DNA from: Verrucomicrobiaceae bacterium
Lineage (GTDB): Bacteria > Verrucomicrobiota > Verrucomicrobiia > Verrucomicrobiales > Akkermansiaceae
Assembly (NCBI GenBank): GCA_051252135.1
Contig: JBPOGH010000001.1
Coordinates: 256,001-320,000 of the forward strand
Direction of reading: 5' to 3'
Length of the DNA: 64,000 bases
A program made the position numbers and the translations under genes. The notes beneath the pieces are model-generated. The model saw only the letters and a list, made by a program, of their open reading frames with translations. It did not search any database and was not told the origin of the DNA. Position 1 is the first letter of the stretch, and each line of letters starts with the position of its first letter. Below are positions 26,803-40,001 of the stretch, piece after piece.

Positions 26803-27921
26803 ATGTTTGAGCTCCTCGCCACTGATCCCGACTCCAAAGCCCGCTGCGGACGTTTGACCACACCCCACGGTGTGATCGAAACCCCTATCTTTATGCCGGT
26901 CGGCACCCAGGGTTCGGTCAAGACTCTTCACCCGGAGGATTTACACGCGATTGATACTCAAATTATCCTCGGAAACACCTACCATTTATGGCTTCGGCCC
27001 GGCACCGAGGTGATCCAACAATTGGGTGGGCTCCATGCTTTCACGACTTGGGACGGCCCCATGCTCACGGACTCCGGAGGTTTTCAGGTTTGGTCGTTAT
27101 CTAAATTGCGTAAAATTACCGAAGAAGGCGTTCAATTTCAGAACCATTTGAATGGAGATCGCATGATGCTTTCTCCAGAAAAGAGCATGGAGATTCAAGC
27201 CGTATTTGGGTCTGATATTGCAATGCTTTTTGATGAATGCCCCCCCTATCCCTGCGATCGCAAATACGCCGAAGAGTCCACTGACCTGACCACCCGGTGG
27301 GGACAGCGTTGCAAAGACTGGATTCAGGCAAACAAACCGACTAGCGGCAATGGTCGGCAGCTCCATTTCGGCATTGTTCAGGGCTCGGTATACCCCGACC
27401 TCCGGGAGCGGTCGGCACGAGCCCTCGTGGACCTCGATTTTGATGGTTACGCCATAGGCGGTGTTTCTGTTGGCGAACCGGAGGAAGAGATGTTTGCCGC
27501 GATTCGGAATGCCGAGCCATTTCTCCCGAAGGACAAGCCTCGTTATGCGATGGGACTGGGAACCCCGACCCAGCTATTGGAGATGATTGGACAGGGTGTC
27601 GATATGTTCGATTGCGTCCACCCAACCCGCTGCGCCCGTCACGGGCAGGCCTTCACGCTGGATGGGCCGATTCACATCAAAAACAAGGCGTTCGAATTCG
27701 ACTCCGCGCCACTGACCCCGGAGGCCCACCCACACGTGGCGCGGTTCTCGCGGGCTTTTCTTCGGCACAGCTTCAAGGCTGGGGAAATCATCGCACAACG
27801 CGTCCTCTCTTTCCACAACCTGCACTTCTACCTCCAATTGATGCAAAATGCCCGCTCCGCGATCCGGGAAGGTCGGTTTAGGGAGTTCCAAACCGAGTTC
27901 TCCGCACGATATTCCCGGTAG
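26803..27921 (+). CDS. tgt: tRNA-guanine transglycosylase
   Basis: TPIFMPVGTQG, GNTYHL, LTDSGGFQV, FGIVQG, AIGGVSVGE, DMFDCV. Confidence 0.97.
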   Translation: MFELLATDPDSKARCGRLTTPHGVIETPIFMPVGTQGSVKTLHPEDLHAIDTQIILGNTYHLWLRPGTEVIQQLGGLHAFTTWDGPMLTDSGGFQVWSLSKLRKITEEGVQFQNHLNGDRMMLSPEKSMEIQAVFGSDIAMLFDECPPYPCDRKYAEESTDLTTRWGQRCKDWIQANKPTSGNGRQLHFGIVQGSVYPDLRERSARALVDLDFDGYAIGGVSVGEPEEEMFAAIRNAEPFLPKDKPRYAMGLGTPTQLLEMIGQGVDMFDCVHPTRCARHGQAFTLDGPIHIKNKAFEFDSAPLTPEAHPHVARFSRAFLRHSFKAGEIIAQRVLSFHNLHFYLQLMQNARSAIREGRFREFQTEFSARYSR

Positions 27922-28034
27922 CGAAAAACGAAACACGCTTTAAGTTGGCAACCTTTACCATTGCTTTTCTTTACCATTCCTGATTTCTACCTCGTCCTTC
28001 CACCCGGTTTCTCGGGACCCTTCTATTTTTAACC

Positions 28035-28376
28035 ATGACCAGCACCTTTTTCCTCGCAGCATCCCAGCAAGATCCCGGTCTTTTCGGTAATCCCATCGTG
28101 ATGATCATTTTGATGATCGTCATGTTTTACTTCCTTCTCATTCGCCCGCAACAAAAGCAGCGCAAGGAACAACAAGCCAGAGTGAACTCCATGGAGAAGG
28201 GCGACAAGGTCGTCACCATCGGCGGACTTCACTCCACGGTGCATCACATTTCCGAAAAAACCGTGACCCTCAAGCTTTCCGAAGGCGTTTTCGTTCCTTT
28301 CGAGAAGAGCTCCATCCAATCGGTGGAAAAAATCTCCAAAGGGACGAAAAAGTCCGAAGACAAAAACGCTGAGTAA
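28035..28376 (+). CDS. yajC: Preprotein translocase subunit YajC
   Basis: FYFLLIRPQQKQRKE, KGDKVVTIGG; between tgt and secDF. Confidence 0.96.
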   Translation: MTSTFFLAASQQDPGLFGNPIVMIILMIVMFYFLLIRPQQKQRKEQQARVNSMEKGDKVVTIGGLHSTVHHISEKTVTLKLSEGVFVPFEKSSIQSVEKISKGTKKSEDKNAE

Positions 28377-28460
28377 GGGGCCCTTCTCCTTATCGCAATA
28401 ATACCCACGCGCCCCATCGGCACCGACCCCTCCCTACCGGATCATCATCTTCCCAATCTC

Positions 28461-30872
28461 ATGGATCTCTCAAATAATCCTCTCATCGTTGTCCTTGCGG
28501 GCATCGCCATCGTCGCGCTCATCTTTTGGTACATTGCCTCGGAGATTGATCGCCGAAAGCGGAATGTCGGCACGCTTGCCATCAGCCTCGTTATTTTGCT
28601 TTGCCTTGCGGCAGTCATCCCTCTCGACGAGAAGCTCAAAGGCGGCATTGACCTGGTCGGCGGTTCTTCCTTCACGGTTGAAATCCAGCCGGGGCTTGAT
28701 GATGACAATAATCCCCTTCCCGTGGGAGAGGAGGCCATTGCCTCAGTCAAGAAAACGCTCGGAGAACGCTTGGCTTCCGGCTCCATGGACGGAGCGCAAA
28801 TGCAAGGCTTGGGCACCGACCGCCTCATCATTGAAATGCCCGGCGTTTCCGAAGAGGAAAGCAATCGGGTTCGCGACATCATCGAGCGCACGGCCAAACT
28901 CGAATGCAAATCGGTCCACCCTCAGAACGATACCCTCGCAGGCCAAATTGATGCGGGAACCCTCGCTCCGGCGGGCTGGAAACTTTACCAACTCCCGATT
29001 CTCGATGAAGACGGTAAGCGGGTGGGCAAGACCCCCATTCTTCTTTCTCGCCGCAACATTGTTACCGGCGATCTCGTCCAGGACGCCCTTGCGGTCCCCG
29101 GACGTTTCGGAACGATTTCTGTCCGCCTGACCAAGGAAGGTGGCGACCGACTCTTCACCGCAACCAAACAGATGCGCCAAGGAGTGGACCGCATGGCTGT
29201 CGTTCTGGATGGCGAAGCCCTGATCGCTCCCACCGTCAACGCGGCCCTGAGTCGCGACTTCATCATCGAGGGACTTGATGGCCAAAAGGAAGTTCGCGAG
29301 GTCGTTGCCGCACTTTCCAACCCGTTGAAAAACCCTCTGCAAATCCTGTCAGAGAACAAGGTTACCGCAAAATACGGAAACGAAGTGGTCCGTCAGGGTG
29401 TCACCGCAGCTCTTGCCGGTTTGGGCCTCACCCTCATTTTCGTGCTCCTTTACTACCGCTTTGCCGGAATTATTGCGATTCTGGGTTTGCTGGTGAATAT
29501 CCTCATCCTCTTCGGCGCGATGGCGATGTTCGGGGCCACCTTCACCCTTCCCGGAATTGCTGGAATCATCCTCACGATCGGAATTGCGGTGGATGCCAAT
29601 GTTCTGATCTACGAACGCCTTCGGGAAGAAATGGCGGAAGGCAAATCGGTGGCATCGGCTCTCAAAGCCGCCTATGAAAAGGCATTCAGCGCCATTTTCG
29701 ATGCCAACATCACCACCATTCTGACTGCACTCATCCTGCTGTGGCGCGCTTCGGATCAGATCAAAGGTTTCGCGATCACTTTGACGATCGGAATTCTGGC
29801 TTCCATGTTCGCCGCCCTTCTCGCCACCCGCGTCCTGTTCTATTGGGGAGCTGGTGTTGGTAAAGGCGGAGTCCTCAAAAAGCTCTCCTTCATGAACCTC
29901 ATCCCGGAGCGGACCATCAAGTTCATGGACAAGCGCAAGCCGGCGTTCGTGATCTCCGCAGTCCTCGTGATCGCCTCGCTTTTCTCAATGGCCAGTCATA
30001 AGGACGACGCCCTTGGCATCGACTTTGTAGGTGGTAGCTTGATCACCATTCAGGTTGATGCCGCCAAAACCATTGAGACTGAAGAGGTGGAAGGTGCCAT
30101 CGCCGACCTCACCCTCTCCAAGAACGCCCTGGTTCAGAAAGAAATCCCTCCCGGTGGAGACACTCACCTCATCAAGGTGAAGGTTGCCGAGCAGGACCTC
30201 GATGTTGTTGAGGCGGAGCTCCGTAAGGACATCGCTTCACTCGGAGCTTTGGATGCCGACGGTAAATTTGCGCTCGAAATTTCAAGCAACACCATTAAGC
30301 CCACCCTCGGTAAGGAGTTCTTCAAGAATTCGCTCTGGGCACTGGGTTTCGGCCTTTTGGCAGTGCTTGTCTACATTGCCTTGCGATTTGAATTCTCCTT
30401 TGCGGTGGGAGCGTTTGTAGCCCTCTTCCACGATCTCATCATCTCCATTGGAGCTGTCCTCTTGATTGGCACCGAGTTATCCATGATTCACGTGGGCGCC
30501 TTCCTGACCATTGCCGGATATTCCATCAACGATACGATCGTGGTCTTCGACCGAATCCGTGAAACATTACAGACCAAGCGCGGCGACGTGAAAGACATCA
30601 TGGATAAGGCCATCAACGCCACCCTTTCCCGGACTTTGTTGACCTCCCTGACCACCTTCGTGGCGGTTTTCGTGCTCTACATTTTCGGAGGCTCAGCCCT
30701 TGAGGATTTCTCTTTTGCCATCATGGTTGGAGTCATCATCGGAACCTACTCTTCGATCTTCATTGCGGCCCCCGTGGTTTACCTCTGGAGCAAGGCGCGT
30801 GGCAGCAACTTGCGTCGTGAGCTTCTTGACGCAAACCTTGAGGCTCAAGTGAACCCGGCGCGGACCGAATAA
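28461..30872 (+). CDS. secDF: Fused protein translocase subunit SecDF
   Basis: GGIDLVGG, TLPGIAGIILTIGIAVDANVLIYERLREE (SecD); LGIDFVGG, GYSINDTIVVFDRIRE (SecF). Confidence 0.96.
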   Translation: MDLSNNPLIVVLAGIAIVALIFWYIASEIDRRKRNVGTLAISLVILLCLAAVIPLDEKLKGGIDLVGGSSFTVEIQPGLDDDNNPLPVGEEAIASVKKTLGERLASGSMDGAQMQGLGTDRLIIEMPGVSEEESNRVRDIIERTAKLECKSVHPQNDTLAGQIDAGTLAPAGWKLYQLPILDEDGKRVGKTPILLSRRNIVTGDLVQDALAVPGRFGTISVRLTKEGGDRLFTATKQMRQGVDRMAVVLDGEALIAPTVNAALSRDFIIEGLDGQKEVREVVAALSNPLKNPLQILSENKVTAKYGNEVVRQGVTAALAGLGLTLIFVLLYYRFAGIIAILGLLVNILILFGAMAMFGATFTLPGIAGIILTIGIAVDANVLIYERLREEMAEGKSVASALKAAYEKAFSAIFDANITTILTALILLWRASDQIKGFAITLTIGILASMFAALLATRVLFYWGAGVGKGGVLKKLSFMNLIPERTIKFMDKRKPAFVISAVLVIASLFSMASHKDDALGIDFVGGSLITIQVDAAKTIETEEVEGAIADLTLSKNALVQKEIPPGGDTHLIKVKVAEQDLDVVEAELRKDIASLGALDADGKFALEISSNTIKPTLGKEFFKNSLWALGFGLLAVLVYIALRFEFSFAVGAFVALFHDLIISIGAVLLIGTELSMIHVGAFLTIAGYSINDTIVVFDRIRETLQTKRGDVKDIMDKAINATLSRTLLTSLTTFVAVFVLYIFGGSALEDFSFAIMVGVIIGTYSSIFIAAPVVYLWSKARGSNLRRELLDANLEAQVNPARTE

Positions 30873-30891
30873 TCCTCAATTTTCCATCAAG

Positions 30892-30925
30892 GCGGCGACT
30901 CTCCTGTTGAGTCGCCGCTTTTTTT
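30892..30925 (+). terminator. Rho-independent terminator after secDF
   Basis: GCGGCGACTC-tcctgtt-GAGTCGCCGC followed by T7. Confidence 0.9.
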
Positions 30926-30998
30926 GTGGGCGCTGTTTGGATTTCCGTCGTATAGATGAAGTGCCGCACATTCCCATGTCGGACTCGATACTAAAGAG

Positions 30999-31027
30999 TT
31001 GCTAACATTATTTAAGTTTACTAAACT
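30999..31027 (+). promoter_or_regulatory. sigma70-like promoter of the polysaccharide deacetylase
   Basis: TTGCTA-17 nt-TAAACT, 9 nt before ATG 31037; palindrome AGTTTA-C-TAAACT overlaps the -10. Confidence 0.6.
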
Positions 31028-31036
31028 AATCGTTCC

Positions 31037-32209
31037 ATGAATCGCCTGACTGTCGCAATCCTCTCCACCTTGGCAGCCCCTGCTGTCATACTCGCTCAAG
31101 AGGTTCCGAAAACAGGCGCTTCGCTTCCCGACCCCGGTCAAGAGGTTCTCGAGGATGACAATTGCCGGGTGTCGGTTCTGGGTTACCACGTGTTTCATGC
31201 CACGAAACCGGCCACGCAGATGCAGATTCCCACGGACAAGTTCCGTCAACAGATGGAAACTGTAAAAGCCTCGGGAATTCCGGTGATCTCAATGGAAAAG
31301 TTCCTCCAATGGCGACGGGGAGAAACCTCCCTCCCGGCCAAATCGATCCTGATCACGATGGATGACGGCTGGAAATCGGTCTACACCGAAGCTTACCCGA
31401 TCATGAAGGAGATGGGATTCCCCTTCACCGTCTATCTCTACAAGAATTATGTCGGATCGGAGCGCGGAGGGCGCGCGATGAGCCTGGAAATGATTCGGGA
31501 AATGATGGATAGCGGCCTTTGCTCCATTGGCTCCCATTCGGTTTCGCACCCCTTTCCCAGCAAGGTGAAAAAGCATCTCCGCCAAGGAAGCGATGTCTAC
31601 GACCGGTTTCTACGCACCGAGATGGGAGAGTCCAAAGATTTTCTAGAGAAGACCTTTGGAGTTAAGGTCACGACCTACGCCTACCCGGGCGGTTTCCACA
31701 CTCCTGAAATGTTCCCTTTGGCCGACGAACTCGGGTATGATCACCTTTTCACCGTGAAGCCGGGAAAGGTTGCCCGGAACTCCCCCCGGACCACCCTTCC
31801 CCGATACATTGTCCTTGGGAATCATGACTCAGCCTTCAACGCCGCGATGGTCTTTCGCTCAGGAGCCTCCCTGGCGGAGGGATCAATTGCTCCGGTGATC
31901 CTCCCGCACCCCGTCAAACCCGGCTCCGGTCACATCATCGCCTCACGCCTCCCGCGGATTTCCGCCAACCTTTCGAAAGTTGATGAGATTGACCCTGAGT
32001 CAATCGTGATGCGCGTCGGCGGGTTCGGCAAGGTTCCCGCTGTCATTAATCCTGAGACCAACGAGATCGCTTGGACCGTGAATCGCCCCTTACGCCAGTC
32101 TATCTGTGACGTGAGCGTTCAATGGAGGCTTAAAGGAAAATCGAGCTACGAACCGGTCATGAAGTGGTCATTTGGAATCGATCGTGTGGCAAACTACCAA
32201 GCACAGTAG
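31037..32209 (+). CDS. Secreted polysaccharide deacetylase (CE4/NodB) with a C-terminal beta domain
   Basis: Signal peptide, VLGYH, ITMDDGW, GSHSVSHP, YAYPGG. Confidence 0.9.
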   Translation: MNRLTVAILSTLAAPAVILAQEVPKTGASLPDPGQEVLEDDNCRVSVLGYHVFHATKPATQMQIPTDKFRQQMETVKASGIPVISMEKFLQWRRGETSLPAKSILITMDDGWKSVYTEAYPIMKEMGFPFTVYLYKNYVGSERGGRAMSLEMIREMMDSGLCSIGSHSVSHPFPSKVKKHLRQGSDVYDRFLRTEMGESKDFLEKTFGVKVTTYAYPGGFHTPEMFPLADELGYDHLFTVKPGKVARNSPRTTLPRYIVLGNHDSAFNAAMVFRSGASLAEGSIAPVILPHPVKPGSGHIIASRLPRISANLSKVDEIDPESIVMRVGGFGKVPAVINPETNEIAWTVNRPLRQSICDVSVQWRLKGKSSYEPVMKWSFGIDRVANYQAQ

Positions 32210-32368
32210 TTTTCATTGCGAAAGGGTGGTTGATTCGGTCGATTTGGGAGGCTAACGGTCATTTTCAAGAAGATTCATCGAAAAAATCCGGGGTTTAGCC
32301 CTTAAGGCGCCCATTTTCACTTTCAATTTTCAGATTTTCTGCCAACTTCAACCCGAAAGCCTAATTTT

Positions 32369-34096
32369 ATGAGCAATCAACCACTCGACGGAGCCCAAGC
32401 TCTAATCAAAACTCTCGATGACCTCGGGATTGAATTCATCTTCGGATATTCCGGAGGAGCGGCCATTCCCATTTTCGACGCTCTCGAAACAGTCAAGACC
32501 AACATGAAATTCATCCTGGTTCGGCACGAGCAAGGAGCAGTTCACATGGCTGACGGGTATGCCCGCGCCACAGGCAAGCCTGCCGCGGTCCTCGTGACAT
32601 CCGGTCCAGGAGCCGGGAATACCGTAACCGGACTCATGACCGCCCAAATGGATTCGGTTCCGATGCTTGTCATTTGCGGGCAGCAGGTCACCTGGATGCT
32701 TGGCAAGGACGCTTTTCAGGAGGCTGACATTTTCGGCATCACGATCCCTGTCGTGAAGCACAACTACCTCGTCAAAGAGACCAATGATCTCGTGAGGGTT
32801 ACCAAAGAGGCTTACCACATTGCGACCACCGGACGCCCCGGTCCGGTATTGATCGATGTTCCTAAGGACGTCTCTTCTGGAGATTTCACTGCTTCCATGG
32901 AGCCGGATCTGGATCTCCCCGGATACGATCCAAGTGAATCCCTGAATATTGACATCAGCTCGATTGATGAAGCCGTCGCCTTGATTTCACAAGCCACTCG
33001 CCCGGTGATTCTCGCCGGTCAGGGCACCATGATTTCCCGTGCCGACGAGGAACTGATGAAGTTGGCCACCACGCTCAATTGCCCTGTCACCTCCACCCTT
33101 CTCGGGAAAGGTGTCTTTCCGGAAACCCATGACCTTTCCCTCGGCATGCTTGGAATGCATGGCACCGCTTATGCGAACAAAGCAATGGTGGAGTGCGATC
33201 TCCTTCTCAACGTCGGCTCCCGATTCGATGACCGGATCATTGGACAACCCGACAAGTTTTGCGCTGATGCCAAAATCATCCACATCGACATCGATCCGGC
33301 CGAGATGGACAAGATGATTCGCCCCGACGTCCAGGTCATTGGCGACGCCAAAGCCGCGCTCAAAGAAATAATCGCCCGGGTTTCTCCATTGGAGACCACT
33401 GAATGGTTGAAAACCCTCGATGGTTACAAGAAGAAGTATCCCCTTTCCTATAAAAAGCAGGGCGGTCTCCGCATGCAGCAGGTGATCGAAGAACTCTATC
33501 TTCAAACCAAGGGAAAAGCCATCGTCTCGACCGATGTCGGACAGCACCAAATGTGGGCTGCCCAATTCTACCGGAACGATGAATCCTATCACTGGCTTTC
33601 CTCCGGAGGTGCCGGCACCATGGGATTCGGATTTCCTGCAGCAATCGGAGCCCAACTCGCCCACCCTGATAAGACAGTGATCTCGATCTCGGGGGATGGT
33701 GGCTTTCAAATGACTCTCTTTGAGTTGGCAACCGCAGCGATTCACAAGCTCCCCATCAAGATCGTCGTCCTCAACAACCACTATCTTGGCATGGTGCGCC
33801 AATGGCAGGAACTCTTCTTTGAGAACCGCGAATCAGGAGTGGATCTCGAGGGTAACCCCGATTTCTGTAAACTTGCAGCCGCCTACGGGATTCCCAGTGT
33901 TCATTTCAAGCGCCCCGCCGATTGCACCCGCAAGATCGAGGAAGCACTTGCCTACAACGATGGGCCCATTCTCATACATGCCGAATGCGTGAAATACGAA
34001 AACGTGTTCCCGATGATTCCAGCCGGAGCGGCATTGGAAGACATGATCACCGAGCCTCCCAAGACCCAGATGGCAAAACCAGTAGGTTCCACCTAG
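32369..34096 (+). CDS. ilvB: Acetolactate synthase large subunit
   Basis: [43 protein letters not shown]...[12 protein letters not shown]. Confidence 0.97.
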   Translation: MSNQPLDGAQALIKTLDDLGIEFIFGYSGGAAIPIFDALETVKTNMKFILVRHEQGAVHMADGYARATGKPAAVLVTSGPGAGNTVTGLMTAQMDSVPMLVICGQQVTWMLGKDAFQEADIFGITIPVVKHNYLVKETNDLVRVTKEAYHIATTGRPGPVLIDVPKDVSSGDFTASMEPDLDLPGYDPSESLNIDISSIDEAVALISQATRPVILAGQGTMISRADEELMKLATTLNCPVTSTLLGKGVFPETHDLSLGMLGMHGTAYANKAMVECDLLLNVGSRFDDRIIGQPDKFCADAKIIHIDIDPAEMDKMIRPDVQVIGDAKAALKEIIARVSPLETTEWLKTLDGYKKKYPLSYKKQGGLRMQQVIEELYLQTKGKAIVSTDVGQHQMWAAQFYRNDESYHWLSSGGAGTMGFGFPAAIGAQLAHPDKTVISISGDGGFQMTLFELATAAIHKLPIKIVVLNNHYLGMVRQWQELFFENRESGVDLEGNPDFCKLAAAYGIPSVHFKRPADCTRKIEEALAYNDGPILIHAECVKYENVFPMIPAGAALEDMITEPPKTQMAKPVGST

Positions 34097-34143
34097 GCCT
34101 CGAATCCAATTATTAGCTAATCCATTCAAAAAACCGAATTCCA

Positions 34144-34680
34144 ATGTCCAAGAATATCGTCACTACGGACACCCCGGCAGACAGCGCCGGCGGTTCCTCC
34201 AACACATTGTCCATCCTGGTGAATAACAGCCCCGGGGTGCTGATGCGCATTTGTCAGGTTTTTTCACGAAGAGCCTACAATATCGACTCCCTCGTGGTCT
34301 CCGAAGGGCGCGATGCGGCATTTTCCCGGATGACCATCGGCATATCCGGGGACCCCTCGGGTCTGGAGCAAATCATCAAGCAGGTGAACAAGCTCATTGA
34401 TGTCATCCATTGCTACGAGCACACCGAAGCTCATGCAGTGGTTCGCGAGATGCTGCTGGTGAAGCTTCTCGCAGATCAGGAGCAACGCTCAGCGGCACTT
34501 CAGGTTATTGAGCACTTCGCTGGAAAAACCGTCGATCTCAGCCCTGAATCCATGATTGCCATGTTTACCGGGACGACCAGTAAGCTTGATGCCGCCATGA
34601 TCATGCTCGGCCAGTTCGAGGTGATTGAGACCGTTCGTACCGGCAAGGTGGTCATGGCTCGTGGCAGTCAGGAGACCTAG
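34144..34680 (+). CDS. ilvN: Acetolactate synthase small subunit
   Basis: LVNNSPGVLMRICQVFSRRAYNIDSL, EQIIKQVNKLIDV, ETVRTG. Confidence 0.95.
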   Translation: MSKNIVTTDTPADSAGGSSNTLSILVNNSPGVLMRICQVFSRRAYNIDSLVVSEGRDAAFSRMTIGISGDPSGLEQIIKQVNKLIDVIHCYEHTEAHAVVREMLLVKLLADQEQRSAALQVIEHFAGKTVDLSPESMIAMFTGTTSKLDAAMIMLGQFEVIETVRTGKVVMARGSQET

Positions 34681-34708
34681 AAACGACCTGCAAGCACATC
34701 GAATTTTC

Positions 34709-34736
34709 AACGGCGCCAAATCGGCGCCGTTTTTTT
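34709..34736 (+). terminator. Rho-independent terminator after ilvN
   Basis: AACGGCGCC-aaatc-GGCGCCGTT followed by a T run. Confidence 0.85.
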
Positions 34737-34798
34737 GTCCCTTCCGGGAGCGGGTTACCCTTGCAACAGCTCCCTTGGTAGCCTCTAATCCGCCCGCT

Positions 34799-37232
<2,434 letters not shown>

Positions 37233-37243
37233 TCTACCGAGTC

Positions 37244-37960
37244 ATGGGAGAAGCAGAATCCGCCTCCGAACCCCGTCACATCGCTGTCATCATGGATGGC
37301 AACGGGCGCTGGGCCAACGAGCGCGGCCTGCCGCGGAAAGAAGGACATCGCGCCGGAGCGGAATCCGTGCGTGAAGCGGTTGAAGCGTGCACCGAGCTTG
37401 GTGTCGATTACCTCACCCTCTACGCCTTTTCCTCAGAAAACTGGAAGCGGCCAAAAGCTGAAGTCACTGCGCTGATGGGTTTGCTTGAACGATTCCTGAA
37501 GACCAAGGCGCGGGAAATTACCCAAAAAAACGTCCGCTTAAAAGCAATCGGACGCCTGGAGCTACTTCCCCCCAAAACCCGGAAAGCTCTTGATCAAACG
37601 ATTGACGAAACCAAGCACAACACCGGCCTCACCCTCGTTCTTGCCCTCTCCTATGGCGCGCGCGAAGAGATTGTTGATGCGACCCGGGCGATCAGCAAAA
37701 AGGTCCTAAGCGGTGAAATTTCCACGGATGAGATCGGCAACGAGACCATTTCAAACCATCTTTACACCTCCGATATTCCCGACCCTGACCTATTGGTGAG
37801 AACCTCTGGCGAACTTAGGCTTTCAAACTTTTTGCTTTGGCAGTTGAGCTATGCTGAGATTGTCATTTCGCGCAAGAATTGGCCGGATTTCAAAAAAAAC
37901 GACATGCATGAAGCAGTTGCCGAATATTCTCGCCGTCACCGCCGCTTCGGTCGAGTCTAG
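37244..37960 (+). CDS. uppS: Undecaprenyl diphosphate synthase (cis-prenyltransferase)
   Basis: HIAVIMDGNGRWA, YAFSSENWKRP, RTSGELRLSNFLLWQ. Confidence 0.96.
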   Translation: MGEAESASEPRHIAVIMDGNGRWANERGLPRKEGHRAGAESVREAVEACTELGVDYLTLYAFSSENWKRPKAEVTALMGLLERFLKTKAREITQKNVRLKAIGRLELLPPKTRKALDQTIDETKHNTGLTLVLALSYGAREEIVDATRAISKKVLSGEISTDEIGNETISNHLYTSDIPDPDLLVRTSGELRLSNFLLWQLSYAEIVISRKNWPDFKKNDMHEAVAEYSRRHRRFGRV

Positions 37961-37967
37961 CCCCGTT

Positions 37968-39338
37968 GTGAGCACACCATCTGAGCACACCATACTATTG
38001 GTCGATCCGGATCATGATTATCTGGATTGGGCAACCAAGCATCTCAAGGCAGCCGGGATCACCATTCTCCGCTGCGATGTGGCTGACAAGGCACTCAAAG
38101 TAATTGAGAAAGCACAAGTTGATCTCGTTATTGCCGACCTCAAGCTGGAACCATTTTCAGGACTCGAACTGCTCGGACAAATTCGATCTCAGTCCCCTTC
38201 CACGATCGTCGTCCTGACCGGAGGCTTCCCCACAACAAGCCAAATTATTGAGTCCACTCAACGGGGAGCTCATGACGTCCTCAAAAAAGAATCTCTGCCT
38301 TTCGAACTCCGTCATGTTGTGGAATCGGCCCTGCAGACCATCGACCAGCGTCGGGAAGCTGGAGAAAGCAATCGAGAGGCTCCGGGACTTGAAGGAAAAA
38401 ATACCATCATTGGAGTTTCCCGCCCATTGCAGAATGTTCTCAAAATAGTCGGAAGAGTGGCTCGGTCCGATGCCCCTGTCTTGGTGACCGGGGAGAGTGG
38501 AACAGGCAAAGAGCTGGTCGCCAAATCAATTCACGACTTTAGTCCTCGTCGCAATAATGAGCTGTTGGTGATTAACTGCGGCGCCATCCCGGAGAATCTG
38601 CTCGAATCCGAATTGTTCGGTCACGAAAAGGGGTCCTTTACCGGGGCCATTGCGCGCCGCTCGGGACGCTTTGAAGAATGCCATGAGGGAACTCTGTTTC
38701 TTGACGAGGTTGGCGATCTCCCCCCTTCTGTTCAGGTCAAACTTCTCAGGGTTCTCCAAGACGGTTCTTTTTCCAGAGTGGGCTCCAATGAGGTTCTGAA
38801 AACCGACGTTCGAATCGTTACCGCCACAAACAAAAACCTCTCCTCCGAGGTTGCTGCAGGTCGTTTCCGCGAAGACCTCTTCTACCGGCTCAATGTGGTG
38901 GAAATCGAGCTTCCGCCCCTTCGAGCCCGCCCCGAGGATGTCCCGCTTTTGGCCGAATTCTTCCTCGACCGTATCGCCCGCCGCAACGGGAACAACCGGT
39001 TGCACTTGTCCGGCGAAGCGATCGAACATCTTCAAAAGCACACTTGGCCGGGAAACGTAAGAGAGCTCGAAAATACGATGGCGCGTGCTTGTGCCCTCGC
39101 TTCGAGCGAAGTTCTCCTTCCCGATGACATCCCCATTGTCAGGCGGCTTTCCGCCTCTCCCATATCCGGTGCGCTGGAGACCATCGTCTCGGCGGCATCA
39201 AGGGAAGGAGTGGATAGTCTCACTTATGCTCGCGATGCATTGTTGAAATACGCTCTTGAGAAAGCGGGAGGAGAAAATCAAGCAGCGGAACTTCTGGGGA
39301 CCAAAGTCTCCGAATTTGGAAAGAAGAAGAGCAAGTAG
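37968..39338 (+). CDS. NtrC-family sigma54-dependent response regulator
   Basis: Receiver domain, GESGTGKE, ESELFGHEKGSFTGA, FLDEVG, FREDLFYRLNV, WPGNVRELEN; GTG start inferred. Confidence 0.93.
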   Translation: MSTPSEHTILLVDPDHDYLDWATKHLKAAGITILRCDVADKALKVIEKAQVDLVIADLKLEPFSGLELLGQIRSQSPSTIVVLTGGFPTTSQIIESTQRGAHDVLKKESLPFELRHVVESALQTIDQRREAGESNREAPGLEGKNTIIGVSRPLQNVLKIVGRVARSDAPVLVTGESGTGKELVAKSIHDFSPRRNNELLVINCGAIPENLLESELFGHEKGSFTGAIARRSGRFEECHEGTLFLDEVGDLPPSVQVKLLRVLQDGSFSRVGSNEVLKTDVRIVTATNKNLSSEVAAGRFREDLFYRLNVVEIELPPLRARPEDVPLLAEFFLDRIARRNGNNRLHLSGEAIEHLQKHTWPGNVRELENTMARACALASSEVLLPDDIPIVRRLSASPISGALETIVSAASREGVDSLTYARDALLKYALEKAGGENQAAELLGTKVSEFGKKKSK

Positions 39339-39342
39339 AATC

Positions 39343-39963
39343 ATGTCCGACCTCAGCCACCACCCGCTCTTAGCCGACCGAATGTCCCAACTCAGATCGG
39401 TTGAGTGTCCGCCACAAGAGTTCCGAAGACATGTTGTGGATATCGCCAGGCTGCTCGTCCTTCCCGCCACCGAAGGCCTCGAAACAGTCGATTCTTCGGT
39501 TACTACTCCAATTCAAAAGATGAACGGGCAGCGACTTGCCCGCCCCGTGGTTCTCGTCCCGATCCTCCGTGCCGGGCTTGGACTCAGCGAAGGGTTCCAT
39601 CAACTCTTGCCTGAAGCCTCCATCGCACATTATGGCTTGGCCCGAAACGAAGAAACCCTCGAGGCAGAGGTCTACTTTGAAAAATTCCCTCCGGGCATGG
39701 AAAATTCCGAGGTGTTTGTTCTCGACCCCATGCTGGCGACTGGGGGAAGTGCGGTAGCCGCGCTGACCCGTCTCAAGGAGCAGGGTGCACAGCACCTTCA
39801 TTTTGTGTGCCTTGTTGCCAGTCCGGAAGGAATGGCCCTCCTCAAGAGTTCGCATCCCGATGTCCCGGTAACTTGCGCGGTCATCGACGAAGGATTGAAC
39901 GAAAAAGGCTACATTGTTCCAGGCTTGGGTGACGCCGGAGATCGCACCTTCGGAACCTTATAA
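39343..39963 (+). CDS. upp: Uracil phosphoribosyltransferase
   Basis: VPILRAGLG, LDPMLATGGS, YIVPGLGDAGDR. Confidence 0.96.
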   Translation: MSDLSHHPLLADRMSQLRSVECPPQEFRRHVVDIARLLVLPATEGLETVDSSVTTPIQKMNGQRLARPVVLVPILRAGLGLSEGFHQLLPEASIAHYGLARNEETLEAEVYFEKFPPGMENSEVFVLDPMLATGGSAVAALTRLKEQGAQHLHFVCLVASPEGMALLKSSHPDVPVTCAVIDEGLNEKGYIVPGLGDAGDRTFGTL

Positions 39964-40001
39964 ATTGGCCACTTCCCCAATTTGGGATTAGCTTTCTTCC
40001 C

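Noticed and set aside
32210..32368. ilvB leader-peptide attenuator
   Set aside because: No Leu/Ile/Val-rich short ORF or terminator hairpin seen.
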